From assembly GCA_049969475.1 (NCBI GenBank), contig JBMFOU010000005.1, positions 2,034 through 66,033 on the forward strand: a DNA stretch of 64,000 bases, in the 5' to 3' direction. Numbering within the stretch: position 1 is the stretch's first letter; the number at the start of each line of letters is the position of its first letter. The DNA comes from Bacteroidales bacterium. GTDB taxonomy: Bacteria > Bacteroidota > Bacteroidia > Bacteroidales > TTA-H9. Of the stretch, positions 28,997 through 38,410 are shown piece by piece. Both the position numbers and the translations under genes were made by a program. Below the pieces are notes generated by a model. The model had not been told where the DNA came from. It saw only the letters and a list, made by a program, of their open reading frames with translations, and made no database searches.

Positions 28997-29845
28997 TTAG
29001 TAATCGTCCTCATCGTATCCGCGACCTCCCCGGCCACGGCCTCCCGACCTGAAATCGTCCTCATCATCTTCTTCCTCAAAAAAGAAGTCATCGTCATCGG
29101 CAGGTAATTCTTCTTCTTCAAGGTCAGAATCTCCAGGGTCGTAAATTTCGGCAAATTCAGGCCCAAACTGCTCTGCAATTTCTTCGCGGGTCAGTTTTTT
29201 CTTCTTTTCCGGAGCAGGTGCCGGTACATCCTCGCCTTTTATAATGGCCCCGAAAGTTTCGTCATCCTCAAGTTTTTCGATTTCCATTGCTATTTCTTCA
29301 TCGCTAATTTCATCCAGCGATTTGCGCTGCTTGTTCTTTTCTTTATCCTTGCGCTCGAACCGACGAATTTCAATCTCCTGAATTAATTCAATGGGCTTCA
29401 AAGGAATTTCGCCCTCTGCATTCACACATTTGGGGAGGCCGGCCACATCGTCAGCCTGATAAATCTTCTGTAATTCGATGAAGAAGACAAAAGAATCGAC
29501 TCCATTGTATTCGAAAATAATTTTCTGGTGAGGATCCATGATGTAGTCGCGCAGACGGGCCACAGCAATATGCGTAAAAGGAATATTTATGCGACGGTTT
29601 TCTACTCTTATATCCTCATCCTCTTCATGCACTGTCTTCGATAAAAGAGGTTTCTCAGCAATTTCTCTGAGTTTTACCCAGCGGGCATTAGCAATATAAA
29701 ACCACATTTGCGCCTCGGCTCTCAAAGGGGCACACTCCAGAATGGCCTTTTGGAAATCTTCAAAAGTATGGGTGGGGGTAATATCAATTTCCCGCACGTA
29801 TTCGTCAATGGTATCGGTTTTGACCTTAAAACGATAGATATGCAT
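28997..29845 (-). CDS. hypothetical protein with an acidic tail ending in an RGG-type motif
   Basis: 282 aa. The N-terminal ~130 aa are globular (IYRFKVKTDTIDEYVREIDITPTHTFEDFQKAILECA, loosely reminiscent of pRiA4b ORF-3/MM3350-like domains). The C-terminal half is D/E-rich, ending SGGRGRGGRGYDEDDY. Confidence 0.65.
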   Translation of the reverse strand: MHIYRFKVKTDTIDEYVREIDITPTHTFEDFQKAILECAPLRAEAQMWFYIANARWVKLREIAEKPLLSKTVHEEDEDIRVENRRINIPFTHIAVARLRDYIMDPHQKIIFEYNGVDSFVFFIELQKIYQADDVAGLPKCVNAEGEIPLKPIELIQEIEIRRFERKDKEKNKQRKSLDEISDEEIAMEIEKLEDDETFGAIIKGEDVPAPAPEKKKKLTREEIAEQFGPEFAEIYDPGDSDLEEEELPADDDDFFFEEEDDEDDFRSGGRGRGGRGYDEDDY

Positions 29846-29901
29846 AAATAGCTAATATTGATAGAAGTAAAATTAAACGAATTTGCCCAAAACCGGGTGT
29901 G

Positions 29902-29909
29902 CAAAAATA
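29902..29909 (-). promoter_or_regulatory. -7 promoter box (TATTTTTG on the minus strand)
   Basis: Reverse complement of CAAAAATA, 57 nt upstream of the minus-strand ATG at 29845. It shares its T-run with the hemW terminator. Confidence 0.4.
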
Positions 29910-29928
29910 GCGAAAGGAAATTTTCGCT
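29909..29928 (-). terminator. rho-independent terminator after hemW
   Basis: Minus-strand AGCGAAA-atttcc-TTTCGCT followed by ATTTTTG, starting 9 nt after the hemW stop. Confidence 0.6.
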
Positions 29929-29936
29929 GGGAAAAA

Positions 29937-31064
29937 TCAAGCATCAAATTCAAGGAGTTCGCGGATGATGCCATCCGAAATCATGAAATTTCTTACGGGC
30001 ACGTAAATACCTTTATGGGTCAACAGGATACGACCACGGGGCAATTTCCCCACTTTTTGAAGTAAATGTTCCAGCGCTTGTTTTCCCCATCGTTGTTCAA
30101 AGTGATTGAACAGCATTCCTTCCCTGGTTCGAAGGCAAGTCATAAGATATTCATTGAGTTGCATAATGCGACTGAGTTGTTCTTCTTCCCTATCCTGTTT
30201 GTGCGTGACGATTTGCCTCCATTTCGAGATAGAAGCCGGATTCCACCAACGCTTTCTCCCATCAAAAGAATGGGCTGAAGGACCCAGGCCGAGATAAGGA
30301 ACCCCGGTCCAGTAGGAAGTATTATGCCTTGAATGGTATCCTGGTAGACTAAGATTAGAAACTTCGTAAAAGTGATAGCCATGGTGGCGGGCCATTCGCC
30401 TCAAGAGATGAAAATGAGCCAGAGCCAGGTCGTCTGGGGGAGCCGAAACCTGATTTCTGCGCACCCTGAAGTCATAAATCGTTTTTTCTTCCAATGTAAG
30501 GGCGTAGGCAGACATATGTTCTGGCCGGAATTCAAAAACCTGTTCCAGGGTTTTAAGCCAGGCCTGGCGGCTCAAGCCTGGAATGCCATAAATCAGATCC
30601 AGGGATAGGTTGGTAAAACCCACATTCCTTACAAGGCGCAACTTATTCAGCGATTCGCCAGCAGAGTGCAAACGTTCAAGAAAATCCAGGGCTGCTTCAT
30701 CCAGCGACTGAAGACCTACACTTAATCTATTAATTCCAAGGTCTTTCCACAATTTTAACGAGTCAAGCGTTATATCATCAGGGTTCACTTCAAGCGTAAT
30801 TTCAGCCTGAGGACTGATTTTAAATTGGGTTCGGAGGCCTTTAAACAAGGCTCTTAGCTCTTCTTCTGATAACAAAGAAGGTGTGCCCCCGCCCAAATAC
30901 AGTGTTGCCATGGTTTGATCCGACCAGTCTGAAGCAAAATGATTAGCCTCCGACAAAAGCAGTTCAATAAAATCGTTCCTTAATTTATCGGAAACCACCG
31001 AAAAGAAATTGCAGTACGGACACTTTTTGCGACAGAAGGGAACGTGTATATAAAGGCCGGCCAT
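29937..31064 (-). CDS. hemW: radical SAM heme chaperone HemW (HemN-like)
   Basis: 375 aa. LYIHVPFCRKKCPYCNF (CxxxCxxC), LGGGTPS, HemN_C-like tail. Confidence 0.9.
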   Translation of the reverse strand: MAGLYIHVPFCRKKCPYCNFFSVVSDKLRNDFIELLLSEANHFASDWSDQTMATLYLGGGTPSLLSEEELRALFKGLRTQFKISPQAEITLEVNPDDITLDSLKLWKDLGINRLSVGLQSLDEAALDFLERLHSAGESLNKLRLVRNVGFTNLSLDLIYGIPGLSRQAWLKTLEQVFEFRPEHMSAYALTLEEKTIYDFRVRRNQVSAPPDDLALAHFHLLRRMARHHGYHFYEVSNLSLPGYHSRHNTSYWTGVPYLGLGPSAHSFDGRKRWWNPASISKWRQIVTHKQDREEEQLSRIMQLNEYLMTCLRTREGMLFNHFEQRWGKQALEHLLQKVGKLPRGRILLTHKGIYVPVRNFMISDGIIRELLEFDA

Positions 31065-31065
31065 G

Positions 31066-32577
31066 TTATTTTTTTTTCAGAACAACTCTCAGGGTGGTTC
31101 CCTGGCCGAGCTGCGATGATTTCACGAAAATTCTGCCCCGGTGATATTCCTTAATGATGCGCCGGGCCAAAGACAAACCCAGGCCCCATCCTCGCTTTTT
31201 GCTGGTATACCCTGGCTTAAAAATGGTTTTGAATTTTGACCGGGGTATCCCTTTTCCGGTGTCAGTAAAATCTATTATTACACGATCATTTTCTTCCTCG
31301 ATAGCTACAATAAAGGTACCCACACCGCCCATGGCATCTACTGCGTTTTTTACCAGGTTTTCAATAACCCATTCCAGTAATGAGCTATTGCATGGGATTT
31401 GTAATGCTGAACGCCCCGTCTTGTTTTCTATAACATAATTCACTTTACGGGAAGTACGGTTTTTCAGGTATTCAATCGAATCATGGATAATCTTGAGAAT
31501 ATCATGATTTTCTAATTGGGGTCGTGAGCCGATTTTAGAAAACCTTTCCGTGATAATATCGAGCCGGCGGATATCTTTCTCCATTTCACCTATGGCAGGA
31601 TGCTCAATTTCTTCCAGTTTTAGCAGCTCTATCCAGGCCATGAGCGACGACATGGGAGTTCCCAGTTGATGTGCAGTTTCGCGGGCCATACCTACCCATA
31701 CCTGATTTTGCTCGCTCCGTCGTGCTGTGCTGAATAGAAAATAGGCGACCATCAAAAACAAGCCTATGATTCCCAGCTGAACAAATGGATAGTAACGCAA
31801 TTGAGTGAGCAGATAAGAGTCGCGGTAAAAGACATAACAAATACCGTACTGCGAAAGATTGATGCGTATGGGCTCATTTTCGCTTTGGAGGAAATCGGTA
31901 AGAACCTTTACAGAGGGATATTTTTTGAGCAATGCAGAATCAATATTTCCACTGGCAATGATGTGGCTGCGCGTACTATCGGTAATTAATACGGGCACAC
32001 TGGCCGAGTTGATCACCACTTCGTCGATAAACGACCGGTCGAGGTCGTCGAGTACATCCTGGAGCTCTGAAAAAAGCCGGCTATCCGTATAGTAGAGATA
32101 GTGCGTGCGCCCTCTCAGGTATTCAAAAGGGATAGGAGGATACTTGTTGAATTTTTCCAATAATTCTCCCTCGAGTCGTTTCACCTTTTTTACATCAAAA
32201 TCAACATTGGCGGCCCCCTGAATATTCCCTTGGGCATCGGTGAGAACCACAGGAATGGTCTTGTTTTTTTCAATCATTTCAAGAAAAAACGTCAGGTCGG
32301 CCATATCTTCAGAATTGGCCAGTCGGCGATAGGCTCCAGCCAATAATTCGACCCTGCGACGCTCCTCTTCCTTTATCTGCCGGAAAAAAGTTTCTGTATA
32401 GCTCACCATCTGAGCTTTGCGATTCACCGCATCTACCCACAGCCTCAGGTTTTTTTGCTCTTCAAATCTGACTTTTTCTACCAGATGGGCTGTGTAAAGA
32501 AAGGTCCCACCAAAAATCATAAAGGCAGCCAAAAGTAGCAGCCATTTCCATCGTCGTTTTCTGGTGTAAAGTTCCAT
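31066..32577 (-). CDS. sensor histidine kinase (no cognate regulator adjacent)
   Basis: 503 aa. TM1, an extracytoplasmic domain of ~230 aa, TM2, H-box ETAHQLGTPMSSL, N/G boxes (NLVKNAVDAM, DTGKGI, GWGLGLS). The stop lies 1 nt before the hemW start. Confidence 0.9.
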   Translation of the reverse strand: MELYTRKRRWKWLLLLAAFMIFGGTFLYTAHLVEKVRFEEQKNLRLWVDAVNRKAQMVSYTETFFRQIKEEERRRVELLAGAYRRLANSEDMADLTFFLEMIEKNKTIPVVLTDAQGNIQGAANVDFDVKKVKRLEGELLEKFNKYPPIPFEYLRGRTHYLYYTDSRLFSELQDVLDDLDRSFIDEVVINSASVPVLITDSTRSHIIASGNIDSALLKKYPSVKVLTDFLQSENEPIRINLSQYGICYVFYRDSYLLTQLRYYPFVQLGIIGLFLMVAYFLFSTARRSEQNQVWVGMARETAHQLGTPMSSLMAWIELLKLEEIEHPAIGEMEKDIRRLDIITERFSKIGSRPQLENHDILKIIHDSIEYLKNRTSRKVNYVIENKTGRSALQIPCNSSLLEWVIENLVKNAVDAMGGVGTFIVAIEEENDRVIIDFTDTGKGIPRSKFKTIFKPGYTSKKRGWGLGLSLARRIIKEYHRGRIFVKSSQLGQGTTLRVVLKKK

Positions 32578-32679
32578 GGGGTAAAATTAACTTCTTTCTC
32601 GCAGACTTATTGTATACCCGGAGAAGACTAAAACATAGCTTTCGAATGGGCTAATTTTTATGATTTGCCTTCATTGCCC

Positions 32680-32687
32680 TACCTTTG
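32680..32687 (+). promoter_or_regulatory. -7 promoter box (TACCTTTG)
   Basis: TAnnTTTG match 27 nt upstream of the tkt ATG. Confidence 0.4.
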
Positions 32688-32714
32688 CGCTCAAAACTAA
32701 AACATTAATTCATA

Positions 32715-34763
32715 ATGACTGATTATTCTATCGACAGGCGGGTAGCCAATAACATTAGGGCTCTGGTTGTAGCTATGGTAGAGAAAGCCCAGTCGGGGCA
32801 TCCGGGTGGGGCCATGGGAGCCGCCGAATTTATCCATATTCTTTACAGCGATTTTTTAAAATTCGATCCTGATGACCCTTTCTGGCCTGCCCGCGACCGA
32901 TTCTTTCTTGATCCGGGACACATGTCGCCCATGCTGTATGCGCAATTGGCTCTTCTGGGAAAACTCTCCATGGAAGACCTTATGAATTTCAGGCAATTGC
33001 ACTCTCCAACCCCTGGCCATCCTGAAGTGGATGTAGCAAGAATGATTGAGAACACCTCTGGTCCTCTGGGGCAAGGACACGTAATGGCCGTGGGTGCCGC
33101 CATTGCTGAACGTTTTTTGGTAGCCAGGCTGGGAAAGGTTGCAGAGCACAAAACGATAGCCTTCCTTTCTGATGGAGGAATTCAGGAGGAAATTGCCCAG
33201 GGAGCTGGACGAATAGCAGGATTTCTGGGACTGCATAATCTTATTTTGTATTATGATGCTAATAAAGTTCAGCTATCAACGCGAGTGGAGGAGGTAACCT
33301 GCGAAGATACGGCCATGAAATATCGCGCCTGGGGCTGGAAGGTTATAGAGATTGATGGAAACGATCCTCAACAAATCAGGGAAGCTTTGACCCTGGCATG
33401 GAATGAGACCCAATCTCCTACCCTGATTATTGGTCACAGTGTGATGGGCAAAGGTATTAAAGCTTCCGATGGCACTCCCCTTGAAGGGCTTACGAGTACT
33501 CACGGACAGCCCATCAGCAAAGCTGGTGCAGATGTTGGGCTCACCCTCCAATCATTAGGAGCTGATCCCCTTCATCCTTTTATTATTTATGATGATGTAA
33601 AGACCTACTATCAGCAGATTTTACAGAAAAAAGTAGCTCAGGCACGCCAGGCAAAAGCAGATGAGAAAGCCTGGGCCAAAGCAAACCCCGGTCTGGCAGC
33701 CGACTGGATAAATTGGTTGGAAAACCGATTACCCGAAATCAGCTGGAATGATATAGTACTGAAGCCCAAGGCAGCCACCCGTGTTAGCTCAGCTGAGATG
33801 CTAGCCCATTTCAGTGGCCGACTTAAAAACATGCTGGTGATGTCGGCCGACCTGGCCAACAGCGACCGTACCGATGGTTTCCTGAAAAATACCCAACCCA
33901 TACGTAAGGATGATTTTAGCGGGGGCTTCCTTCACGTAGGGGTTTCTGAGCTTACCATGGCAGCCCTGGCCAATGGTATGGCTTTGCATGGAGGGATTAT
34001 TCCAGTTTGCGGCACCTTCTTCGTATTTTCAGATTATATGAAACCGGCTATTCGATTGGCTGCCCTTATGCAATTGCATGTAATATATGTGTGGACCCAC
34101 GATTCCTTCAGAGTTGGAGAAGATGGACCTACACATCAGCCCATTGAGCAGGAAGCACAGATTCGTTTAATGGAAAGCCTTAAAAATCATAAAAATCAAC
34201 ACAGTCTTATTGCATTGCGTCCTGCCGACTGGGCTGAAACCCTCCAGGCCTGGAAATACGCTCTGGAAAATACGCAACGGCCCACGGCTTTAATTTTATC
34301 TCGTCAGGATGTTAACGAATTGCCTGTGGCTGAGGGAACTCGCCGAAGGGAAGAAGCCGCTCAGACTGTTCGGGGAGCGTATCTCCTGTCTATCTCAGAC
34401 CCTGATCCTGAGATTATTCTATTAGGCAATGGTTCTGATGTGGGCCTGATGACCCAGGCAGCCCTAATTCTGAAAGAACAAAACCGTCGGGTGGCGATTG
34501 TATCTTGTCCATCCATTGGGCTTCTTATGGAACATATAGAAACAAACCCCACTGCCAAGGCATCCCTGCTTCCGGCTGGTGTTCCCATTCTGGCTGTTAC
34601 AGCAGGTCTTCCTGATACGTGGTTCAGGTTCACCGATCATGTAATGGGGATGGAAACCTTTGGCTTCTCAGCCCCATCCTCCGCTTTGGATGCTTATCTG
34701 GGCTTTACCCCGGAAAAAATTGCCGAAAAAGCCTCCTCAATACTGCAGGCCCAGGCTGTCTGA
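32715..34763 (+). CDS. tkt: transketolase
   Basis: 682 aa. SGHPGGAMGAAE, the ThDP motif region (LSDGGIQEEIAQGA), and GEDGPTHQPIEQ. Confidence 0.97.
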   Translation: MTDYSIDRRVANNIRALVVAMVEKAQSGHPGGAMGAAEFIHILYSDFLKFDPDDPFWPARDRFFLDPGHMSPMLYAQLALLGKLSMEDLMNFRQLHSPTPGHPEVDVARMIENTSGPLGQGHVMAVGAAIAERFLVARLGKVAEHKTIAFLSDGGIQEEIAQGAGRIAGFLGLHNLILYYDANKVQLSTRVEEVTCEDTAMKYRAWGWKVIEIDGNDPQQIREALTLAWNETQSPTLIIGHSVMGKGIKASDGTPLEGLTSTHGQPISKAGADVGLTLQSLGADPLHPFIIYDDVKTYYQQILQKKVAQARQAKADEKAWAKANPGLAADWINWLENRLPEISWNDIVLKPKAATRVSSAEMLAHFSGRLKNMLVMSADLANSDRTDGFLKNTQPIRKDDFSGGFLHVGVSELTMAALANGMALHGGIIPVCGTFFVFSDYMKPAIRLAALMQLHVIYVWTHDSFRVGEDGPTHQPIEQEAQIRLMESLKNHKNQHSLIALRPADWAETLQAWKYALENTQRPTALILSRQDVNELPVAEGTRRREEAAQTVRGAYLLSISDPDPEIILLGNGSDVGLMTQAALILKEQNRRVAIVSCPSIGLLMEHIETNPTAKASLLPAGVPILAVTAGLPDTWFRFTDHVMGMETFGFSAPSSALDAYLGFTPEKIAEKASSILQAQAV

Positions 34764-34792
34764 TTCTAAATAAGATGTTTTTATGAAATAAC

Positions 34793-35662
34793 ATGGTTAT
34801 GAAAGGGTGGCTGGCTCACGTAGTTAAATCACTGCTTGGGTTCGTTTTAATGGTAACGCAGAATCCCCTACAAGCTCAAACCGAACGGGAGGAAAGCCCG
34901 GAATTAGGCTGGCATTATGGGCTTAATACAGGGTTGATTCTTCCCTACGGCAAACCCGCTTCCTTCTACAACGGTTCACCTCAGAATGATAATAAAATTT
35001 CGTTAATTCTTGATAATCAGTACTACAAAACAATTATTGTTCAGAATATCGGATATAATTACACGGGATATGAACTTCCCGGCCACATGGTTTATCAACC
35101 CAATTTCAGCGTAGGATTTTTTGCCAGGTATCAGTACTCAACTCATTCATCTCTATTTGCGCAAACCTCATACAGTCGTTTGACCGCTACAGATGTGTTT
35201 TTACTAAATTTAGATTTACCCCAGGGCTATAGTTTTGAGCCAACTTATCTGGAATGCGATATTATGGGCCAGGAAAGCCGCACTTACATTGATTTGGGGT
35301 ATAGGCACGATTTTCCGTCCAGCACGGCCCATCATCTATTCCTGGATGTGGGTTTTAGTATGAATAACGTCAAGGTGCTCAAAAATATGATTCGAATAAA
35401 AAATCTGGAATACAACATAAAGTATTCCGGAGAGCATCCCACAGGTCCCTATTCACAGGATCCGCGCTACGATATTTTTCAAGGGGGGATTGGTGTGGGA
35501 GGCTTTGTTAATGTGGGATACGACTTGCAATTCAACGATAATGTCTCGCTTGAGCCTCTTTTAGGAGTGAACTATAGTCAGACGCATCTGGAAGGATACA
35601 CCAAGCCAGGGCCCTCGTGGTACTTTCTGGTTAGATTCAGCTTTCGGAGCTTCAATTTCTGA
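34793..35662 (+). CDS. putative outer-membrane beta-barrel protein
   Basis: 289 aa. Signal peptide (LMVTQNPLQAQ), alternating aromatic/Gly-rich strands, and a C-terminal aromatic residue (SFNF). Confidence 0.55.
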   Translation: MVMKGWLAHVVKSLLGFVLMVTQNPLQAQTEREESPELGWHYGLNTGLILPYGKPASFYNGSPQNDNKISLILDNQYYKTIIVQNIGYNYTGYELPGHMVYQPNFSVGFFARYQYSTHSSLFAQTSYSRLTATDVFLLNLDLPQGYSFEPTYLECDIMGQESRTYIDLGYRHDFPSSTAHHLFLDVGFSMNNVKVLKNMIRIKNLEYNIKYSGEHPTGPYSQDPRYDIFQGGIGVGGFVNVGYDLQFNDNVSLEPLLGVNYSQTHLEGYTKPGPSWYFLVRFSFRSFNF

Positions 35663-35714
35663 AGATTTTAAACTTAATAAACCTTCAATGGTTTAGTAAT
35701 GAAAATCTGCTGAA

Positions 35715-36314
35715 ATGAGAATAGACAGGCAAAAGGCTATCCAACTGATTGATAAATATTTCCCTAAGAGTCATCCGGCACGTGATTATTACATGGTCCA
35801 TGTGGAAGCAGTGGCACATGCTGCCCGGCTCATACTCACTCACAATGCCCATCTAAACCTCGATCCGGATAAAATTGAAGCTATGGCTCTGCTTCATGAT
35901 ATAGGCATTGTAAAAGTGCATGCTCCCGAAATCGGGTGCAATGGAGAATTTCCATACATCTGCCATGGTTACCTGGGCAGAGAAATACTTGAAAAGGAAG
36001 GACTTTTTGAAATTGCTCCTATATGTGAAAGGCACACAGGTGTTGGAATAACTATTCAGGATATCGACAACCAGAAGCTTCCCCTGCCCAGGAGGGATAT
36101 GATTCCACTTACAGCTGAAGAGCGGTTGATTTGTTATGCAGATAAATTTTTCTCAAAATCGGCTCAACAACCCGACCAACCCAAACCCTTGGAGAAAATT
36201 CTCAAGAGTTTGGCTAAATACGGACCTGATAAGCCGGAAAAGTTCATGGAATTGGCCCGTGAATTCGGGTACGATTACATTTATGAGAACTTCCCAAGCT
36301 ATAGGCAAAAATAA
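35715..36314 (+). CDS. HD-domain phosphohydrolase
   Basis: 199 aa. H...HD (ALLHDIG) and later His/Asp ligands (CERHTGVG, CYADKF). Confidence 0.8.
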   Translation: MRIDRQKAIQLIDKYFPKSHPARDYYMVHVEAVAHAARLILTHNAHLNLDPDKIEAMALLHDIGIVKVHAPEIGCNGEFPYICHGYLGREILEKEGLFEIAPICERHTGVGITIQDIDNQKLPLPRRDMIPLTAEERLICYADKFFSKSAQQPDQPKPLEKILKSLAKYGPDKPEKFMELAREFGYDYIYENFPSYRQK

Positions 36315-36378
36315 TTTGCCTCTGGTGTGGAGCTATGTTAACCAGGATTCAAGAAGGGGTGAATAAAACCATTTTTGC

Positions 36379-37512
36379 CTAATCCCACTCCAGACAATAA
36401 AGCCTCAGGCCTCCAAACCACAGTCGCTTCTCCTCAAGCCAGGCTGAAGAACGAATGATGTCGGGAGTGGAGTATTGCCAGAGCTGTTGTCCATCGCTGA
36501 GTTTAAGGGCATACAAAATTCCATCGTCGCAGCCAAACAAGACCCTATTTCCCATAATACTTGGCGAAGAATGAATGGCTCTTTTAAACTTGGTTTTCCA
36601 CAGAAGTCTGCCGGTATTTGGTTCGAGGCAAGTTAATTCGCCCTTTCGATTTCCGAAAACACAATACGATTCACAAACGGCTGCCGAGGAGAAAATAGCT
36701 CCTTCGCTGACATAATTCCATGCTACGGAACCATCCTCTACCTTCAGGCTAAAAAAATGGCCGCGGGTATCACCTACTAAAACCTGTCGCTGATGAATAG
36801 CCGCCGTAGCATGAACAGGCCCCTGCATTTGTTTTTTCCAAATCACGCTACCTGTGTGGGCATCGAGTGCATATAAAAAACCGTCCCTACTACCTATGAA
36901 TACTTTGCCTTCAAACAAAGTAGGACTGGATATCATCCAGCTATCCGTGGTCAATTTCCAGACTAACTTTCCAGTAAACGCATCCAGCGCATAAATACTG
37001 CCATCCATACCTGCCAGATAAACGAGTCCTCCCTGCAGGGCCGGGGAAGAAAAAATCCAGTCGGCCGTGGGAAATTTCCAACGCAAATGTCCCGTATCTG
37101 CATTCAGGCAATAGAAATTGTGATCAAAGCATCCAAAATAAACCGAGGCGTTGCTCACCAGTGGGGTTGAGCGAACCTCGGCCTGCGTTTTAAACCGCCA
37201 GAGTTCTTGACCAGTATTTGCATCAAGACAGAAAAGGGCTTTACTATCAGCCCCAAAAAATACCTTACCCTGAGCGACTACCGGAGAGGAATGCACAGTG
37301 TAAAGGTCATAGAAAGAATAGGCTAAACGAGGCGTGGTGAAAGATTCCTTTCCTTCGAAACATCCTTTTCTCATAGCACTGCCCCTGAACATAGGTAAGG
37401 TTTCAGGCTGGCGCTCCATCGCCCTGATTAGAACCTTTTCCGTAATCTGCACCAGGTTATTGGCATGAAAAAGATCCAGTTCATAAGGCTTTTTCTCCAG
37501 TTTCCCGCTCAT
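36379..37512 (-). CDS. PQQ-like 8-bladed beta-propeller protein without a signal peptide
   Basis: The ORF-track start at 37518 is TTG, so I used the ATG at 37512. An alternative ATG at 37419 would remove the overlap with the upstream gene. Eight repeats of the form G-x-V-(Y/F)-x-G-x-x-D-G-x-(L/F)-Y-A-L-D-x-x-T-G-x-x-x-W. Confidence 0.8.
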   Translation of the reverse strand: MSGKLEKKPYELDLFHANNLVQITEKVLIRAMERQPETLPMFRGSAMRKGCFEGKESFTTPRLAYSFYDLYTVHSSPVVAQGKVFFGADSKALFCLDANTGQELWRFKTQAEVRSTPLVSNASVYFGCFDHNFYCLNADTGHLRWKFPTADWIFSSPALQGGLVYLAGMDGSIYALDAFTGKLVWKLTTDSWMISSPTLFEGKVFIGSRDGFLYALDAHTGSVIWKKQMQGPVHATAAIHQRQVLVGDTRGHFFSLKVEDGSVAWNYVSEGAIFSSAAVCESYCVFGNRKGELTCLEPNTGRLLWKTKFKRAIHSSPSIMGNRVLFGCDDGILYALKLSDGQQLWQYSTPDIIRSSAWLEEKRLWFGGLRLYCLEWD

Positions 37513-38410
37513 ATTCAAGCTTTAAGGCATCATATTCTTGTTGAAATTTTTTTCTTAACCCGGCAAAATAAGCATCGAAATCCGAGATCTGGCGCAGCGT
37601 CTGGTATACAGGGCTTGATATTAGTTCCCTAATTTCATCTTCTACTCTCCTGATTTCTGCATCCAGTCTGCGGATACGGGCTTCGAGTAATGCTGCTTCA
37701 CTCCGCTCATCATCAGAGACTTGAGTAAAAATATTTTGAGAGAGCATGCGGTAGATTTCTTCCACCTTGCGAATATCGTTGAATAAATAGGCGTTATTTA
37801 ATTCCATGAACCACTGCCGGGCTTCTTCGCGCAATTCCTCCGATACCATATCAGGATGGCACCGTTTACTGGCCTCCCGGTATAGTTTTCTCAGGCGATT
37901 TCGCTCTTCCCGGCTGATCTCATGAATGGGTCTTTCCTTTGAGATGTGTTTCCTTTGCTGTTCAAAAGAGGCGTAATCTTTTTTGGCCTGACGATAAGCC
38001 TCCGCATGTCGTTGATCCTTTTGTTGTCGCAGGTAAAAAAGGTCCATCTGCAACCTGAGAATATCGCCCAACAGCATGCCGAGTTCACTGTTGTGTTTAT
38101 GTCTGAAAAAGTTGATTTGTCTCTGAATTTCTGCTTTTTTATTGAGAGCAACAGAAAGATGCGTACTTAAAAGTGACACACTGGTTTTCAAACCCACAAG
38201 CAAGGGTTCCCCCCGGGAAGGCAGAGACAAGTGGTGAATATGACTTTCGAGAAGAGCCTCCAAAGTTTCAAAATCACGGATTTGCAATAAATGCAGCAAT
38301 TTTTCCTTTAAATCTCCCTTATCTTCTTCCAGGGCTGCCACTTCTTCACCCGCTTCCTTCAACTGGCGTTGAGAAACCAGGAACTGAATAGTTTTCAATC
38401 GTTTAATCAT
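37481..38410 (-). CDS. coiled-coil J-domain protein
   Basis: The ORF-track start at 38455 is TTG; the ATG at 38410 (MIKRLK) overlaps the upstream stop as ATGATTAA. The J-domain core is RLRKLYREASKRCHPDMVSEELREEARQWFMELNNAY, with the HPD tripeptide. Confidence 0.75.
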   Translation of the reverse strand: MIKRLKTIQFLVSQRQLKEAGEEVAALEEDKGDLKEKLLHLLQIRDFETLEALLESHIHHLSLPSRGEPLLVGLKTSVSLLSTHLSVALNKKAEIQRQINFFRHKHNSELGMLLGDILRLQMDLFYLRQQKDQRHAEAYRQAKKDYASFEQQRKHISKERPIHEISREERNRLRKLYREASKRCHPDMVSEELREEARQWFMELNNAYLFNDIRKVEEIYRMLSQNIFTQVSDDERSEAALLEARIRRLDAEIRRVEDEIRELISSPVYQTLRQISDFDAYFAGLRKKFQQEYDALKLEYERETGEKAL

